DNA of 64,000 nucleotides. Origin: an uncultured delta proteobacterium (GTDB lineage Bacteria > Desulfobacterota > Syntrophia > Syntrophales > UBA2192). Where the stretch lies: positions 71,022-135,021 of the forward strand of contig CAWDHZ010000014.1 of assembly GCA_963802225.1 (NCBI GenBank), given 5' to 3'. The translations under genes and the position numbers were made by a program. The first letter of the stretch is position 1. Every line of letters starts with the position of its first letter. The notes under the pieces are model-generated. The model did not search any database and had not been told where the DNA came from. It saw only the letters and a program-made list of their open reading frames with translations. Below are positions 30,171 to 39,544 of this stretch, in pieces.

Positions 30171-32216
30171 TCAGAAGTATAACGAAACCCCTCCCCGAAA
30201 GTTGATCTCCGGAGCAGGGTAATAGCTCAACCCCGAAAAGGTTTCGTAGCCCACAGGGACATAACTCTTGTTGGTAGATTCTCCACCCCCACGAAGGCGC
30301 TCGGCTTCGCAACCCCGAACATCTTCCAGTCGGGCTGATAGCGCAGGGTCAGGTTGACGATCGTGTAGCTGTCGAGCTTCGTCGAGCTGTTGTTGTTGTC
30401 GGAGCCGAAGTACTGTTCCCCCACGTACCGGACCTCGGGCCTCAGCGTGAGGCTCCAGGGCAGGTAAATCTCGAGGGCCGCATTGGCCATGTGGTTCGGC
30501 ACGAGCGGGACGTCCTTGTCCCTGTTCGCCCCCTCGCGGAAGATAGGCCTCCTGGAAGGTGTAGTTGGCATAGAGCCGCGCCAGTTTCCGGAACTGCCAG
30601 TCCAGCGAGAATTCGACGCCCTGGTGACTCGTCTTGTCCAGGTTCTCGTTTCGGAACGTGACGGGGTTGTAGCTGATCTCGTCCTCCATGTCGATGAGGT
30701 AGAACGTGAGCCCCAGCTTGAGATCCTTCATGGGGCTGACCTGCGTGCCCACTTCGTAGCTCTTGCCCGTCTCCTTCTCGAGGTCCGTCAGGAAGCTGTC
30801 GAAGGGAAAGGCGTAGTAGGATGCCTGCTGGTCCAGGGAGGGGAAGCGGTAGATCGTGGCGTACTTTCCCCATACCTTCGACTTCTCCCCGAAGAGGTAC
30901 GTGAGCGAGCCCTCCCAGGCCGTCCCCTTGTGAACTTTCTCGGCGTCGAAGACATTGACACCCGTCGCGAGGTTTGTCTCGCTGCCGTTTACATCGGCCC
31001 GCTCCGTCCGCGCACCGAGGGCCAGGATGAGGTCCTTCAGGATGCTGAACTCGTCGCGGGCATACAGCCCCATCGTCTGCCTCTTGAGCTCCGCCTCGTA
31101 GGTCCTGATTGCCTGCGAGCGGTTCGCGAAGGTGTCCTTGTCGAGCTTGTCCTGGTAGAAGTCAAACCCGACGGTGAGCTTGTTGTCGAAGCCGAAGAGT
31201 TTCTTGTCGAGGATATAGCGCGGGGTGGCGCCCACCGTATCGATGTCGATCTTCGTGAACGAGGCGAAGGAGGCGTAGTTGGAGGTCACCTCCCGCCTGC
31301 CGTAGATCAGGTTGGCGTCGAGACGGCCGAAGGAGCCCAGGATGGTCTTGACGAGAAGGTTGGCGTCGAAAAAGGTCGAGCTCGCATCGTCATCGGGGTT
31401 CTGGGCCTGCTTTCGGTTGGCGTTAACCTGGGCCTGCGTGAGGGCGCCCGGGAACTGGTTGTCGGTCTTGTTGGCTGTGATCCCCAGGGAGACGTCAAGA
31501 GCGTCGGTGGGGTTGTAGCCGATGCTGCCGCCTGCGCTTTCCGTGGTGAACTTCGAGCGGTCCCGGTACCCGCTGCTGGTGAGTACTTCGCCGTTGAGCG
31601 CATAATAGACCTTGTCGGCCGAGCCCCGGATGCCGGCGCGGCCGTTGTAGGTGTTGTAGCTTCCGCCGATGAAGGTCGCATCGCCCTTCGGCTTTCCCTC
31701 GCCTCGCTTGGTGATGATGTTGATGGAGCCGGCGATGGCCGAATCGCCGTAGAGAACGCTGTTGGCGCCCCGCACGACCTCGATCCGGTCGATCTCCGAG
31801 AGCGGGATCTCGAGCCAGTTGATCCCCGATATATCGGGACGGTTCAGGCGCCGGCCGTCGAGCATGACCACGTTGCGAAGGTAGCCCGCCTCGGAGCCGA
31901 AGGCCCGCATGTCCACGATGGACTGGGAGGCATTGCCGCTGTAGCTGGTGACGTTGATGCCCACAAGCCCCGTCAAAACCTCGGGAACGCTCGTGGCGCC
32001 CGATTTCTGGATGTCGTCGGCGGTGATGACGGTCACGTTGGCAGGGACTTTCCGGACTTCCTGGGCGTCGCGGGTGGCCGTGACGACCACCTCACCCATC
32101 CGGTACTCGGGCCGGGCGGTCTCCGGCGCCGCCTGCGAATAAACAGACCCCGGCGCCGAGATCCCTGCGATGAGCAAGACAAAAAGAACCAGTTCCCTTT
32201 GTGAAAAAGCTTTCAT
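30171..32216 (-). CDS. btuB: TonB-dependent receptor, probable cobalamin receptor (compensating frameshifts near 30545 and 30280)
   Basis: Signal peptide, EVVVTATR TonB box, IDRIEVVRG.NSVLYG, C-terminal aromatic F; downstream of a cobalamin riboswitch. Confidence 0.88.
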   Translation of the reverse strand: MKAFSQRELVLFVLLIAGISAPGSVYSQAAPETARPEYRMGEVVVTATRDAQEVRKVPANVTVITADDIQKSGATSVPEVLTGLVGINVTSYSGNASQSIVDMRAFGSEAGYLRNVVMLDGRRLNRPDISGINWLEIPLSEIDRIEVVRGANSVLYGDSAIAGSINIITKRGEGKPKGDATFIGGSYNTYNGRAGIRGSADKVYYALNGEVLTSSGYRDRSKFTTESAGGSIGYNPTDALDVSLGITANKTDNQFPGALTQAQVNANRKQAQNPDDDASSTFFDANLLVKTILGSFGRLDANLIYGRREVTSNYASFASFTKIDIDTVGATPRYILDKKLFGFDNKLTVGFDFYQDKLDKDTFANRSQAIRTYEAELKRQTMGLYARDEFSILKDLILALGARTERADVNGSETNLATGVNVFDAEKVHKGTAWEGSLTYLFGEKSKVWGKYATIYRFPSLDQQASYYAFPFDSFLTDLEKETGKSYEVGTQVSPMKDLKLGLTFYLIDMEDEISYNPVTFRNENLDKTSHQGVEFSLDWQFRKLARLYANYTFQEAYLPRGGEQGQGRPARAEPHGQCGPRDLPALEPHAEARGPVRGGTVLRLRQQQQLDEARQLHDRQPDPALSARLEDVRGCEAERLRGGGESTNKSYVPVGYETFSGLSYYPAPEINFRGGVSLYF

Positions 32217-32258
32217 GATGACTCCTCCTCCCCCCTCGGGAAATGATGTGGTTCACGC

Positions 32259-32509
32259 CGCCGGTCAAGTATACTGGCTTGCGGCTCCCTACTCTCCGCG
32301 CCTTCCAGGCCCCCTGTGCCGGGGGCCCGTGGCCTTGCTGCGGATTTCGTTCCGCCTACAGTTGCGGGGCAGCGCCGGACTTCGACCGGCTTCCTTCCCC
32401 AACGGCTCTAAAACAGTGTCTGAGTGTTTGAGTGTCTGAGTGCAAAAGTGAAGAGGAATCCCGTCTTATCTTTTTCTTCACTCAGACACTCAGGACTCTT
32501 GAAACCGGT
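32259..32509 (-). ncRNA. Cobalamin riboswitch upstream of btuB, with an expanded P2 loop
   Basis: Minus strand CCGGT..GGAA-GCCGG-TCGAAGT-CCGGC-GCTGCCCCGCAACTGTA..GCCACGG..GGAAGGC..AAGCCAGTATACTTGACCGG. Confidence 0.88.
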
Positions 32510-32593
32510 AATTCAGTAATTGAGTAAATGGTGATTAAGGAAAATGAGGGTACCGATCTCTTCAATTACCCAATTACTTAGTTACTAATTACA
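32414..32593. repeat. Two inverted pairs of octamer tandem arrays (GTGTCTGA type; TAATTGAG type)
   Basis: gtgtctgagtgtttgagtgtctgagtg / cactcagacactcag; taattcagtaattgagtaaatggtgatt / aattacccaattacttagttactaattac. Confidence 0.75.
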
Positions 32594-32604
32594 CCCTCAC
32601 GTCC

Positions 32605-33378
32605 TCACGTGAGGGTGATTCGCGGCGATCCCGTCCGGGGATGCCGGTCCACCATGACCTTTGTCTCGTAGGCTTTTCGGATGTGCTCTTCCGTAATGAC
32701 GGCATCGACAGGCCCCGCGGCCTCGATGCGCCCGTCCTTCAGCAGGATGATCCGGTCGCAGTAGTGGGCGGCCAGGTTGATGTCGTGGGTCACGGCGATG
32801 ACCGTGAGGCCCCCGTCGTGGTTGAGCGCCCGGATGCGGTCGAAGAAATCCACCTGGTGCCGGATGTCCAGGAAGGCCGTGGGCTCGTCCAGGAGCATGA
32901 GCCGCGGCCCCTGGGCCAGGGCCCGGGCGATGAGCACCCTCTGGCGCTCTCCGCCGGAGAGAGACTCCATGTCCCTTGCGGCAAGGCCGAGCGTGTCTGT
33001 CATCTCCATGGCCTTCTGGGCAATGCGATGGTCCTCGTCGCCCTCGAAGCGCCAGCGCCCGAGGTGCGGCGCCCTTCCCATGAGCACGACCTCCTCCACG
33101 GAGAAGGGAAAGGCAAGGGCCGAATACTGCGGTACGACGGCTACGAAACGTGCCAGGGCCTCTCGCCGCAACTTTCCGATTTCCGTGCCCTCGAGGAGCA
33201 CCGCCCCCTCCTGGGGCGTGAGGATCCCGTCAATGACGCGCAGCAGCGTCGTCTTGCCCGAGCCGTTGGGCCCGATGATGCCGAGAAAATCCCCCTTTTC
33301 GACCTCGAAGCCGACCCCCTGGAGGACCCACTGCTCGCCGTATTTGAAGCTCACGTTGTCGACTCTCAGAAGCGGCAT
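32605..33378 (-). CDS. btuD: Cobalamin/Fe-siderophore ABC transporter ATPase
   Basis: GPNGSGKT, LSGGERQR, LLDEPT..LD, HDINLA. Confidence 0.88.
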   Translation of the reverse strand: MPLLRVDNVSFKYGEQWVLQGVGFEVEKGDFLGIIGPNGSGKTTLLRVIDGILTPQEGAVLLEGTEIGKLRREALARFVAVVPQYSALAFPFSVEEVVLMGRAPHLGRWRFEGDEDHRIAQKAMEMTDTLGLAARDMESLSGGERQRVLIARALAQGPRLMLLDEPTAFLDIRHQVDFFDRIRALNHDGGLTVIAVTHDINLAAHYCDRIILLKDGRIEAAGPVDAVITEEHIRKAYETKVMVDRHPRTGSPRITLT

Positions 33379-34454
33379 CGGCCGGCCTCCGTTTTCTTCA
33401 GCAGGTAGATGAAAAAGGGCGCCCCGAAGAGAGCCGTGATCACCCCCACGGGGAGCTCGCTCGGCCCGAGCGCCGTCCGGGCCAGCGTGTCGGCGGCCAC
33501 GAGAAAGGTCGCGCCGAAAAGAAAGCTTGCCGGCAGCAGAAGCCGGAAGTCGGAGCCGAAGATCATCCGGATGATGTGGGGCACGAGCAGCCCCACAAAC
33601 CCGATAAGCCCCGAGAGCGACACGGCGGCAGCAGTGATGAAGGAGGCCGCGAAGAAGAGCACCCGCCGGGTCTTTTCGACGTCGACACCCAGTTGCAGGG
33701 CCTGCTCCTCGCCGATGACGAGCAGGTTCAAGGCCCTGGCGTGACGGTAGATCACGATGAACCCTGCAAGGAGGGCAACGCCCCCCAGGAGGGTCTGGCT
33801 GGTGTCGGCAAGCCCCAAATCCCCCATGAGCCAGAACATGATCCCGTGCAGGCGCGTGCCCGAGGCGGTGGAGATGAGAAACATGATGGCCGCCGTGCAG
33901 AAGGCGTTCACGATGACCCCCGAGAGCAGGAGCGTGCCCGACAGGGACTCCCGCCTCTTGCCGGCCACGCCGAAGACGAGCACGATGGTGATGAGAGAGC
34001 CCAGGAAGGCAAGGACGGGGACGGCGAAGGGCAAAAAGTCCAGCCCGGCGATGATCCCGAGGACGGCCCCCACGGCGGCCCCCCCGGAGATCCCGAGGAT
34101 GTAGGGGTCGGCAAGGGGGTTGCGCAGCAGCCCCTGGAATACGGCGCCCGCCGTGGACAGGGTGGCGCCGACGATGGCGGCAAGCAGGATCCGGGGGATG
34201 CGAACGGAGAAGATGATGGTATGCTCGGGAGATGCCGCGGCGCCGTCCTGCCTGAGAAGCGAAAGCAGGTCGATGCGGTGGGGGCCGGTGATTGCGGCGA
34301 TGGCCGCCACGGCCAGGAATACGAAAGCGAGCAGGGCGCAGACGCGGCTCACCCGACGCGGGGTCACCGCCTTGCCCGTCTCGATTTTCGCTGCGACGGA
34401 AAGGACGATTGCCGGAACGGCTAGAAGAAATGTAAAAAGGAAGAACCGGGTCAC
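33366..34454 (-). CDS. btuC: Cobalamin/FecCD-family ABC transporter permease
   Basis: RIPR, QGLLRNPLADPYILGISGGA, FWLMG, GFVGLLVPH, ELPVGVIT..FGAPFF. Confidence 0.88.
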   Translation of the reverse strand: MTRFFLFTFLLAVPAIVLSVAAKIETGKAVTPRRVSRVCALLAFVFLAVAAIAAITGPHRIDLLSLLRQDGAAASPEHTIIFSVRIPRILLAAIVGATLSTAGAVFQGLLRNPLADPYILGISGGAAVGAVLGIIAGLDFLPFAVPVLAFLGSLITIVLVFGVAGKRRESLSGTLLLSGVIVNAFCTAAIMFLISTASGTRLHGIMFWLMGDLGLADTSQTLLGGVALLAGFIVIYRHARALNLLVIGEEQALQLGVDVEKTRRVLFFAASFITAAAVSLSGLIGFVGLLVPHIIRMIFGSDFRLLLPASFLFGATFLVAADTLARTALGPSELPVGVITALFGAPFFIYLLKKTEAGRCRF

Positions 34455-34476
34455 CGCAACCTCCCTCGAGGCTAAC

Positions 34477-34621
34477 GGGGTGGACCAGTCTTCCGGCTCA
34501 GGGCGCCCTACTCTCCCGCCTTCCCATCATGGTGACCATGACAGTGGCTAATTGGGATTTCGTTCCCATCACGGCTGCGGGGCAGCGGGGGCATTTCACC
34601 CCTCTTCCATCTGCCCACCCC
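34477..34621 (-). ncRNA. Cobalamin riboswitch between btuF and btuC
   Basis: Minus strand GGGGTGG..GGAA-GAGGGGTGAAATGCCCC-CGCTGCCCCGCAGCCGTGA..GCCACTG..GGGAAGGC..GAGCCGGAAGACTGGTCCACCCC. Confidence 0.88.
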
Positions 34622-34666
34622 TTTGGATACTTCCCCACTAACAGAGCACCGGGGCTTTGTCAAGGC

Positions 34667-35494
34667 TCAAAACCCCGCGGCGCAGGCAGCCATTTCCTCG
34701 ATCCCGGCCACGGCCCGGGGGCTCAGGCGGTAGAGGCGTTCGGTGACGACGCAGACCCTCCCCTCTTTCACGGCGGGCAGCATGTGGAGCCTCTCCTTGA
34801 AACGTTCGATGCCCCCGCCCGACATGAAGCCCTGCCCGGCGAGAAGGAAGTCGGGCGAGCGGTGGATGATCTCCTCGAGGGAGTATTTGGGGTATTTGAC
34901 CTCCCCGTCGGCCGCGACGTTGCGGATTCCGAGGATGCCGAAGGCCTCGTGGATGAGCGTGCCGGGACCTGCCACGACGATGGGCTCGGGTTGGATGATG
35001 AAGAGGGCCGATTTCGGGGAGTGGGGGCGCTTCTGCCGCGCCTTCTTCTCCAGGGCCGCCATGTCCTTCTCGATCCGGCCCGCCAGCGCCGAGGCCTCCT
35101 TCTCGACACCCAGCGCAACCCCCAGCTCCCGGATGCCCCCGGGCAGCTCCTTGAGGCGCCGGGGCTTGAAGACATGGCAGGGGATGCCGAGGTCCCTGAG
35201 GCGGTTATAGATCGCCTTCGGGTTGCCGTCGTCGGTCAGGATCACGAGGTCAGGTTTTGCGCCGACGATGGCCTCGAGCGAGGGGTTCGTGAAACCGCCC
35301 ACGCGGGGCTTGGCCTTCGCGGCAGGCGGGTAGTCGCAGAAATCGGTCACCGCCACGACCCGGTTCTCGAGGCCCAGGTCGTAGAGGATCTCGGTGATGT
35401 TGGGCGCAAGGGAGACGATCCTTGCCGGTCCCGCCCCGAAGGCCGGGGCTGCAAGGCAAAGCAGGATCACGATGACGGAAAGAATTCGTTTCAT
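34667..35494 (-). CDS. btuF: Cobalamin-binding periplasmic protein
   Basis: Signal peptide, RIVSLAPNITEILY.LG, FCDYP, E.I...KPDLV, RLSPR. Confidence 0.88.
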   Translation of the reverse strand: MKRILSVIVILLCLAAPAFGAGPARIVSLAPNITEILYDLGLENRVVAVTDFCDYPPAAKAKPRVGGFTNPSLEAIVGAKPDLVILTDDGNPKAIYNRLRDLGIPCHVFKPRRLKELPGGIRELGVALGVEKEASALAGRIEKDMAALEKKARQKRPHSPKSALFIIQPEPIVVAGPGTLIHEAFGILGIRNVAADGEVKYPKYSLEEIIHRSPDFLLAGQGFMSGGGIERFKERLHMLPAVKEGRVCVVTERLYRLSPRAVAGIEEMAACAAGF

Positions 35495-35840
35495 GGGAGA
35501 ATGATCCTATGCCAGGCGGACGATTTCGTCAACCCCACTTGGGATAAAGTGCAGGATCGACTGAGTCTGTGAGTATGGAAGCGCTTAGAAGGGAGGGGGC
35601 GAAAAAGGACATGAACACGGATATGTGCGAAAGGCAGAACCTGACTTGCCAGATCGGCTCCAATCAAGTCTTGCCAGCTTACCGGCTTCACCTACGAGTC
35701 CACGCACTCATGTAACGACAAGACCCCAGCTTTACCAGTTAAAATGTGCATATAAAAGGCAGAGCCCTCTGACCCTGACATAAAGGTAAGCAAAGGAGTT
35801 GTCGTTGCCCAAGAATGGCTCCCCTGTGGGCCAACCTAAT

Positions 35841-36350
35841 TTAGTAGGCTACACACCTGCCCTTATAACACATGAAATCGTCACCTGGGCACTGAGCGGA
35901 ACTCGTACAGCGTTGCCCTCGGGGCATGACTCGTTTGGGAACACATCTATACGTTTCCTGTCGTGGTGGCTCCGGCTGCTCCATTGAAGGTGGAGGTGTC
36001 TTCGGGCCTTCGGTACTGTGTACTGGTGAGCAGACTTCATTTGCTCGACAGTCAGCGTTAGAGCGGCAAGTTTTAGCGGTAGGAGGACTGATGGAATCAC
36101 AACCGCAACATGCAAGTCGAACGAGCCAGGACCCTTCAAATAATCCAGCCTTACATGTGAAGCCGTCCTTTCCGATGCAAAACGAAACGCAGTCCGTAGG
36201 CGTGCAGTAATCAAAACCACTCTTATCAGGACATGGCATTTCATACTTATAGATATGGTCCAACTTGGCTAGAACGTCTTGGCCATGCAGAGAGATCAGG
36301 AGGACAACCGCCATAAGACCTAACAGGATCCTTCCTTGTAATCTTTTCAT
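35841..36350 (-). CDS. Exported cysteine-rich hypothetical protein
   Basis: GGAGG RBS, signal peptide, many Cys, C-terminal C..xxxC....C modules; AT-richer DNA. Confidence 0.7.
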   Translation of the reverse strand: MKRLQGRILLGLMAVVLLISLHGQDVLAKLDHIYKYEMPCPDKSGFDYCTPTDCVSFCIGKDGFTCKAGLFEGSWLVRLACCGCDSISPPTAKTCRSNADCRANEVCSPVHSTEGPKTPPPSMEQPEPPRQETYRCVPKRVMPRGQRCTSSAQCPGDDFMCYKGRCVAY

Positions 36351-36428
36351 ACAAACCTCCTTGCAACAGAAATGACTACCGGAACAGGAATAAGCTCTTG
36401 GTCAGGCCGTCAACAGGTCAAGTTCTTT

Positions 36429-36842
36429 TTAGGGCAGATTAACATCATAGATGTTGTCATTTTCGTTGCTTTCTTCCACCATGTTTTTTGCATCGGCCCG
36501 AACCACGAGATTTGCCGCTGATAGACTGAAAAGATCCAGACCACGAGGCGACGAGAAGCTACTGAAAGGAATAGGGCCAGAAATCCAAGAACTACCCGCC
36601 TTAATACCGTCGACTTTTGCAGAATATTGAGATTGAGGCTTTGCAGAATCGGCAACCCCCACCTGATTGATTTCAATATAGGTAAGATGTGCGCCCGCAT
36701 CTTTGTTCCCGTTGTTCATGACTGTGACATCGACGGTTTTTGCTGTGAAATCAATTTTTGCGCTTTGCACGACAAGATTCGGTACACAGCCGGCCAGCAC
36801 TAATATGCTGACTGCTACAAGCAGAATATAATACTTCTTCAT
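36429..36842 (-). CDS. Lipoprotein with CARDB-like Ig domain
   Basis: Lipobox LAGC, PNLVV, V.N.G, AD.KN.VEESNENDN. Confidence 0.8.
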   Translation of the reverse strand: MKKYYILLVAVSILVLAGCVPNLVVQSAKIDFTAKTVDVTVMNNGNKDAGAHLTYIEINQVGVADSAKPQSQYSAKVDGIKAGSSWISGPIPFSSFSSPRGLDLFSLSAANLVVRADAKNMVEESNENDNIYDVNLP

Positions 36843-37629
36843 AAATGCCTCCTTTTGTTGTGTTGGGAAAACGGTCTTTCTGAATAACCTGGGGACGTAT
36901 CGTCAGTTTCTTCAACATCAGCGTGAAGGTGTACAGGAATTAACATCTCCTTCTCTTGAACGGTAGATGCAGATTTAAATCCGAGAAATGGATGAGAAGA
37001 GTTTGAAATTCATGACACCTCCATCAAGTCAAGAAAGCCGTGATGGTTTCCAGCTTAGAAGGATCACGATACGATGGAAGATAAAAGGAATAGTCAGTGG
37101 AACAATAGAATTGGAGAACTAATTCGATATGGAGTAATGACTATCTACGTTGTTTATTAACGGAACTTTTCAAGATAAGTCAAGATAATTTATGAGTATT
37201 TTGCATCTGACAGCCATTCCTTCCGTGATTCGGCCTGAATTGTCGATAACCGAATGCAATCTTCTATTTCTCACTTTTATCTGATTTTAACCCTTTGAGG
37301 AAGGAGTTGATAAGGGCCAAAGTTGCGCAATACACCTACATCTGTTGCAACCAGAGTTCGTTTGGAGCGGAAGATTGCTGCCTGAAATGATTACCCTGCA
37401 GATAGTTAAGACGGGTTCTTCAAGCCCGCCTTGCCGGGCCGGGCGTGGATCATTTCACTGCAAAGAATAGTCTGAATTGCCGGCATGAGGCTAATCTGAT
37501 ATATAATATTTAGTAAAAGCCGCTTTTATCGTGGCGGCAATTTCAGGCAGCGCAAGCGACGATGACTCTTCCGATGAACATGACTGCATGCGGTAGCCTG
37601 ATAAAGAAAGAGAGGGGATTCACACGGCC

Positions 37630-38100
37630 ATGAAACGAAAACGATGTGCCCTTTTTCTCGGCCTCGGACTTTCGATCGTGATGCTTGTGACGGTCCAGGA
37701 CACTCTTGCCGCCCTGGGCGAATCCGTTGATTCCGTCGAGGCGGACAGGGAGAGACTCACGGCTGTGCGCGGCGCCATGACGGCCCACCGTGATTATACC
37801 ATTCATGAGATCAAGACCGAATCGACGGTCGTCAGGGAATACGTGTCGCCCTCGGGCATCATATTCGCGATTGCCTGGAAGGGACTGGTGCATCCCGATC
37901 TCACAGAGCTTCTCGGCTCCTATGCGGGCGAATATCAGGAAGCCCTGCGGCAGACCCCGCGCAAACAGGGACGCAGGCAGCTCCAGGTAAAGACGAATCG
38001 GGTTGTTGTCCAGAAATGGGGGCACATCCGAGACATGAAGGGCCGGGCCTATGCCCCGGATCTGATCCCTCCGGGGGTGAGCATTGATGCCATCAAGTAA
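37630..38100 (+). CDS. DUF2844-family exported protein
   Basis: A.LG, TVVREYV.PSG.IFAIAW.G..PDL..LLG.Y, GRAY.P...P.GV; paired with DUF3443. Confidence 0.8.
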   Translation: MKRKRCALFLGLGLSIVMLVTVQDTLAALGESVDSVEADRERLTAVRGAMTAHRDYTIHEIKTESTVVREYVSPSGIIFAIAWKGLVHPDLTELLGSYAGEYQEALRQTPRKQGRRQLQVKTNRVVVQKWGHIRDMKGRAYAPDLIPPGVSIDAIK

Positions 38101-39280
38101 ATTGCTGCACTTTCTCCTGATCCTTGCGCTGGTGTCCGGGCATGCGGCTTGCGGAGGGAGTGATTCCTCGTCAGGAGGCGGCACGCCTCCCGCCCCTCCC
38201 GTAGTTTCAGGGGATAACGTGCTGGCAATCACCGTGAACGGATCCTTGTGCTCGAGTAACTCCTACATCAACAAACCCTGTGTCAGCGTGACGATCTGCA
38301 CGCCTGGCACCTCCACCTGCCAGACGATCAATGACATCCTTCTCGATACCGGGGATTCGGGGCTGCGGATCTTCAAGCAGGTCCTCAGTGTTTCACTCAC
38401 GCAGGTGACCAGCGGTGGCAACCCGGTTGGGGAGTGCATCCAGTACGTTGACGGCTCATCGGTGTGGGGTCCTGTAAAGGTTGCAGGGGTTGTCCTCGGA
38501 AACGAGCCTGCCGTCCAGGTCCCGATCCACGTTATCGACTCCACGTTCGGCACTGCCCCGGCCCGATGCTCCGGTGCGTATCAAACCCCTGCCGAAGCCG
38601 GTTACAACGGGTCCCTGGGGGTTAGTTTTTTCGAACAGGACTGCGGAGCGACCTGCTCGGCCGGCGCCGGCAATCAGTACTATTTTGCGTGCAGCGGTGC
38701 GACCTGCAGCGGAACGGCAGTTCCCCTTGCCAATCAGGTGCAGAACCCGGTGGCACTTCTGCCCGTTGACAACAATGGCGTGATCGTGCAGCTTCCAAGC
38801 GTTCCTTCCAGCGGATCGCCCTCGGTCAATGGCTACCTGGTGCTCGGGATCGGCACCCGGTCCAACAACGTACCTTCCGGGGTAACAGCCTATGCAGCCG
38901 ACGCGTCCGGTAATTTCATCACATCCTTCAACGGAAGCGACTACACCGGGTTCATCGACACCGGCAGCAACGGACTGTTTTTCCCTTCCCCCTCGCTTCC
39001 TGATTGCACTAGCTATTTAGGCTGGTATTGTCCCTCATCCACTCAAAACCTTTCCGCTACAAACAAGGGGGCATCCGGCGCGCCGAGCGGCGTCACTTCA
39101 TTCCAGATCGCGAATTTCGAGACCCTGTTTGTTACTACGACCAACAACGTGTTTGCCAACATCGGCGGCTATAACGTGGACTTCGATTGGGGGCTGCCGT
39201 TTCACCTTGGACGCAATGTCTGCATCGGGATCGAAGGAAAGGCCTCCAGCCTGGGCACAGGACCTTACTGGGCGTATTGA
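38087..39280 (+). CDS. DUF3443-family lipoprotein, pepsin-like double DTG motif
   Basis: Lipobox-like AACGG, N.P.VSVTIC.PGTS.CQTI..IL.DTG, QVQNPV..LP.DNNG, FIDTGSNG, FDWGLPF..GR, GPYWAY. Confidence 0.82.
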   Translation: MPSSKLLHFLLILALVSGHAACGGSDSSSGGGTPPAPPVVSGDNVLAITVNGSLCSSNSYINKPCVSVTICTPGTSTCQTINDILLDTGDSGLRIFKQVLSVSLTQVTSGGNPVGECIQYVDGSSVWGPVKVAGVVLGNEPAVQVPIHVIDSTFGTAPARCSGAYQTPAEAGYNGSLGVSFFEQDCGATCSAGAGNQYYFACSGATCSGTAVPLANQVQNPVALLPVDNNGVIVQLPSVPSSGSPSVNGYLVLGIGTRSNNVPSGVTAYAADASGNFITSFNGSDYTGFIDTGSNGLFFPSPSLPDCTSYLGWYCPSSTQNLSATNKGASGAPSGVTSFQIANFETLFVTTTNNVFANIGGYNVDFDWGLPFHLGRNVCIGIEGKASSLGTGPYWAY

Positions 39281-39544
39281 ACGAACGAACCCTGCTGCTC
39301 CGTCATATGATTCGCTCATCTTCATCAGCTCATCTTCGACTGAGCCCATGCACGGTTAACGATTGTAATCCTCTACCCGGCCCCAGAATCCGATTTCAGC
39401 TACTTCGGGAAGTGACACATCACCTGGCACGAGCTGTCTGGTCAGCATGAGCTCTTGGACAGCTGATGCAATCCCGCGCTTCAGTCTTGCGGCTCGTGGC
39501 TTATTCTTTCAGATTGCGCCATTTTCCTGTATAGTACGCCGGAA

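Noticed and set aside
13946-32593. CRISPR array suggested by repeated short motifs
   Set aside because: Units are 7-8 nt tandem or dispersed palindromes without regular unique spacers; no cas genes
36975-37013. Tiny minus-strand ORF MNFKLFSSISRI with GGAGG RBS
   Set aside because: Only 12 codons, no regulatory codon run or attenuator structure; cannot be supported
37377-37551. 6S RNA (similar length, paired ends)
   Set aside because: The interior does not form the continuous rod with central bubble expected for 6S
35700-37560. Integron cassette array or prophage remnant
   Set aside because: No convincing attC core sites, integrase or phage genes seen
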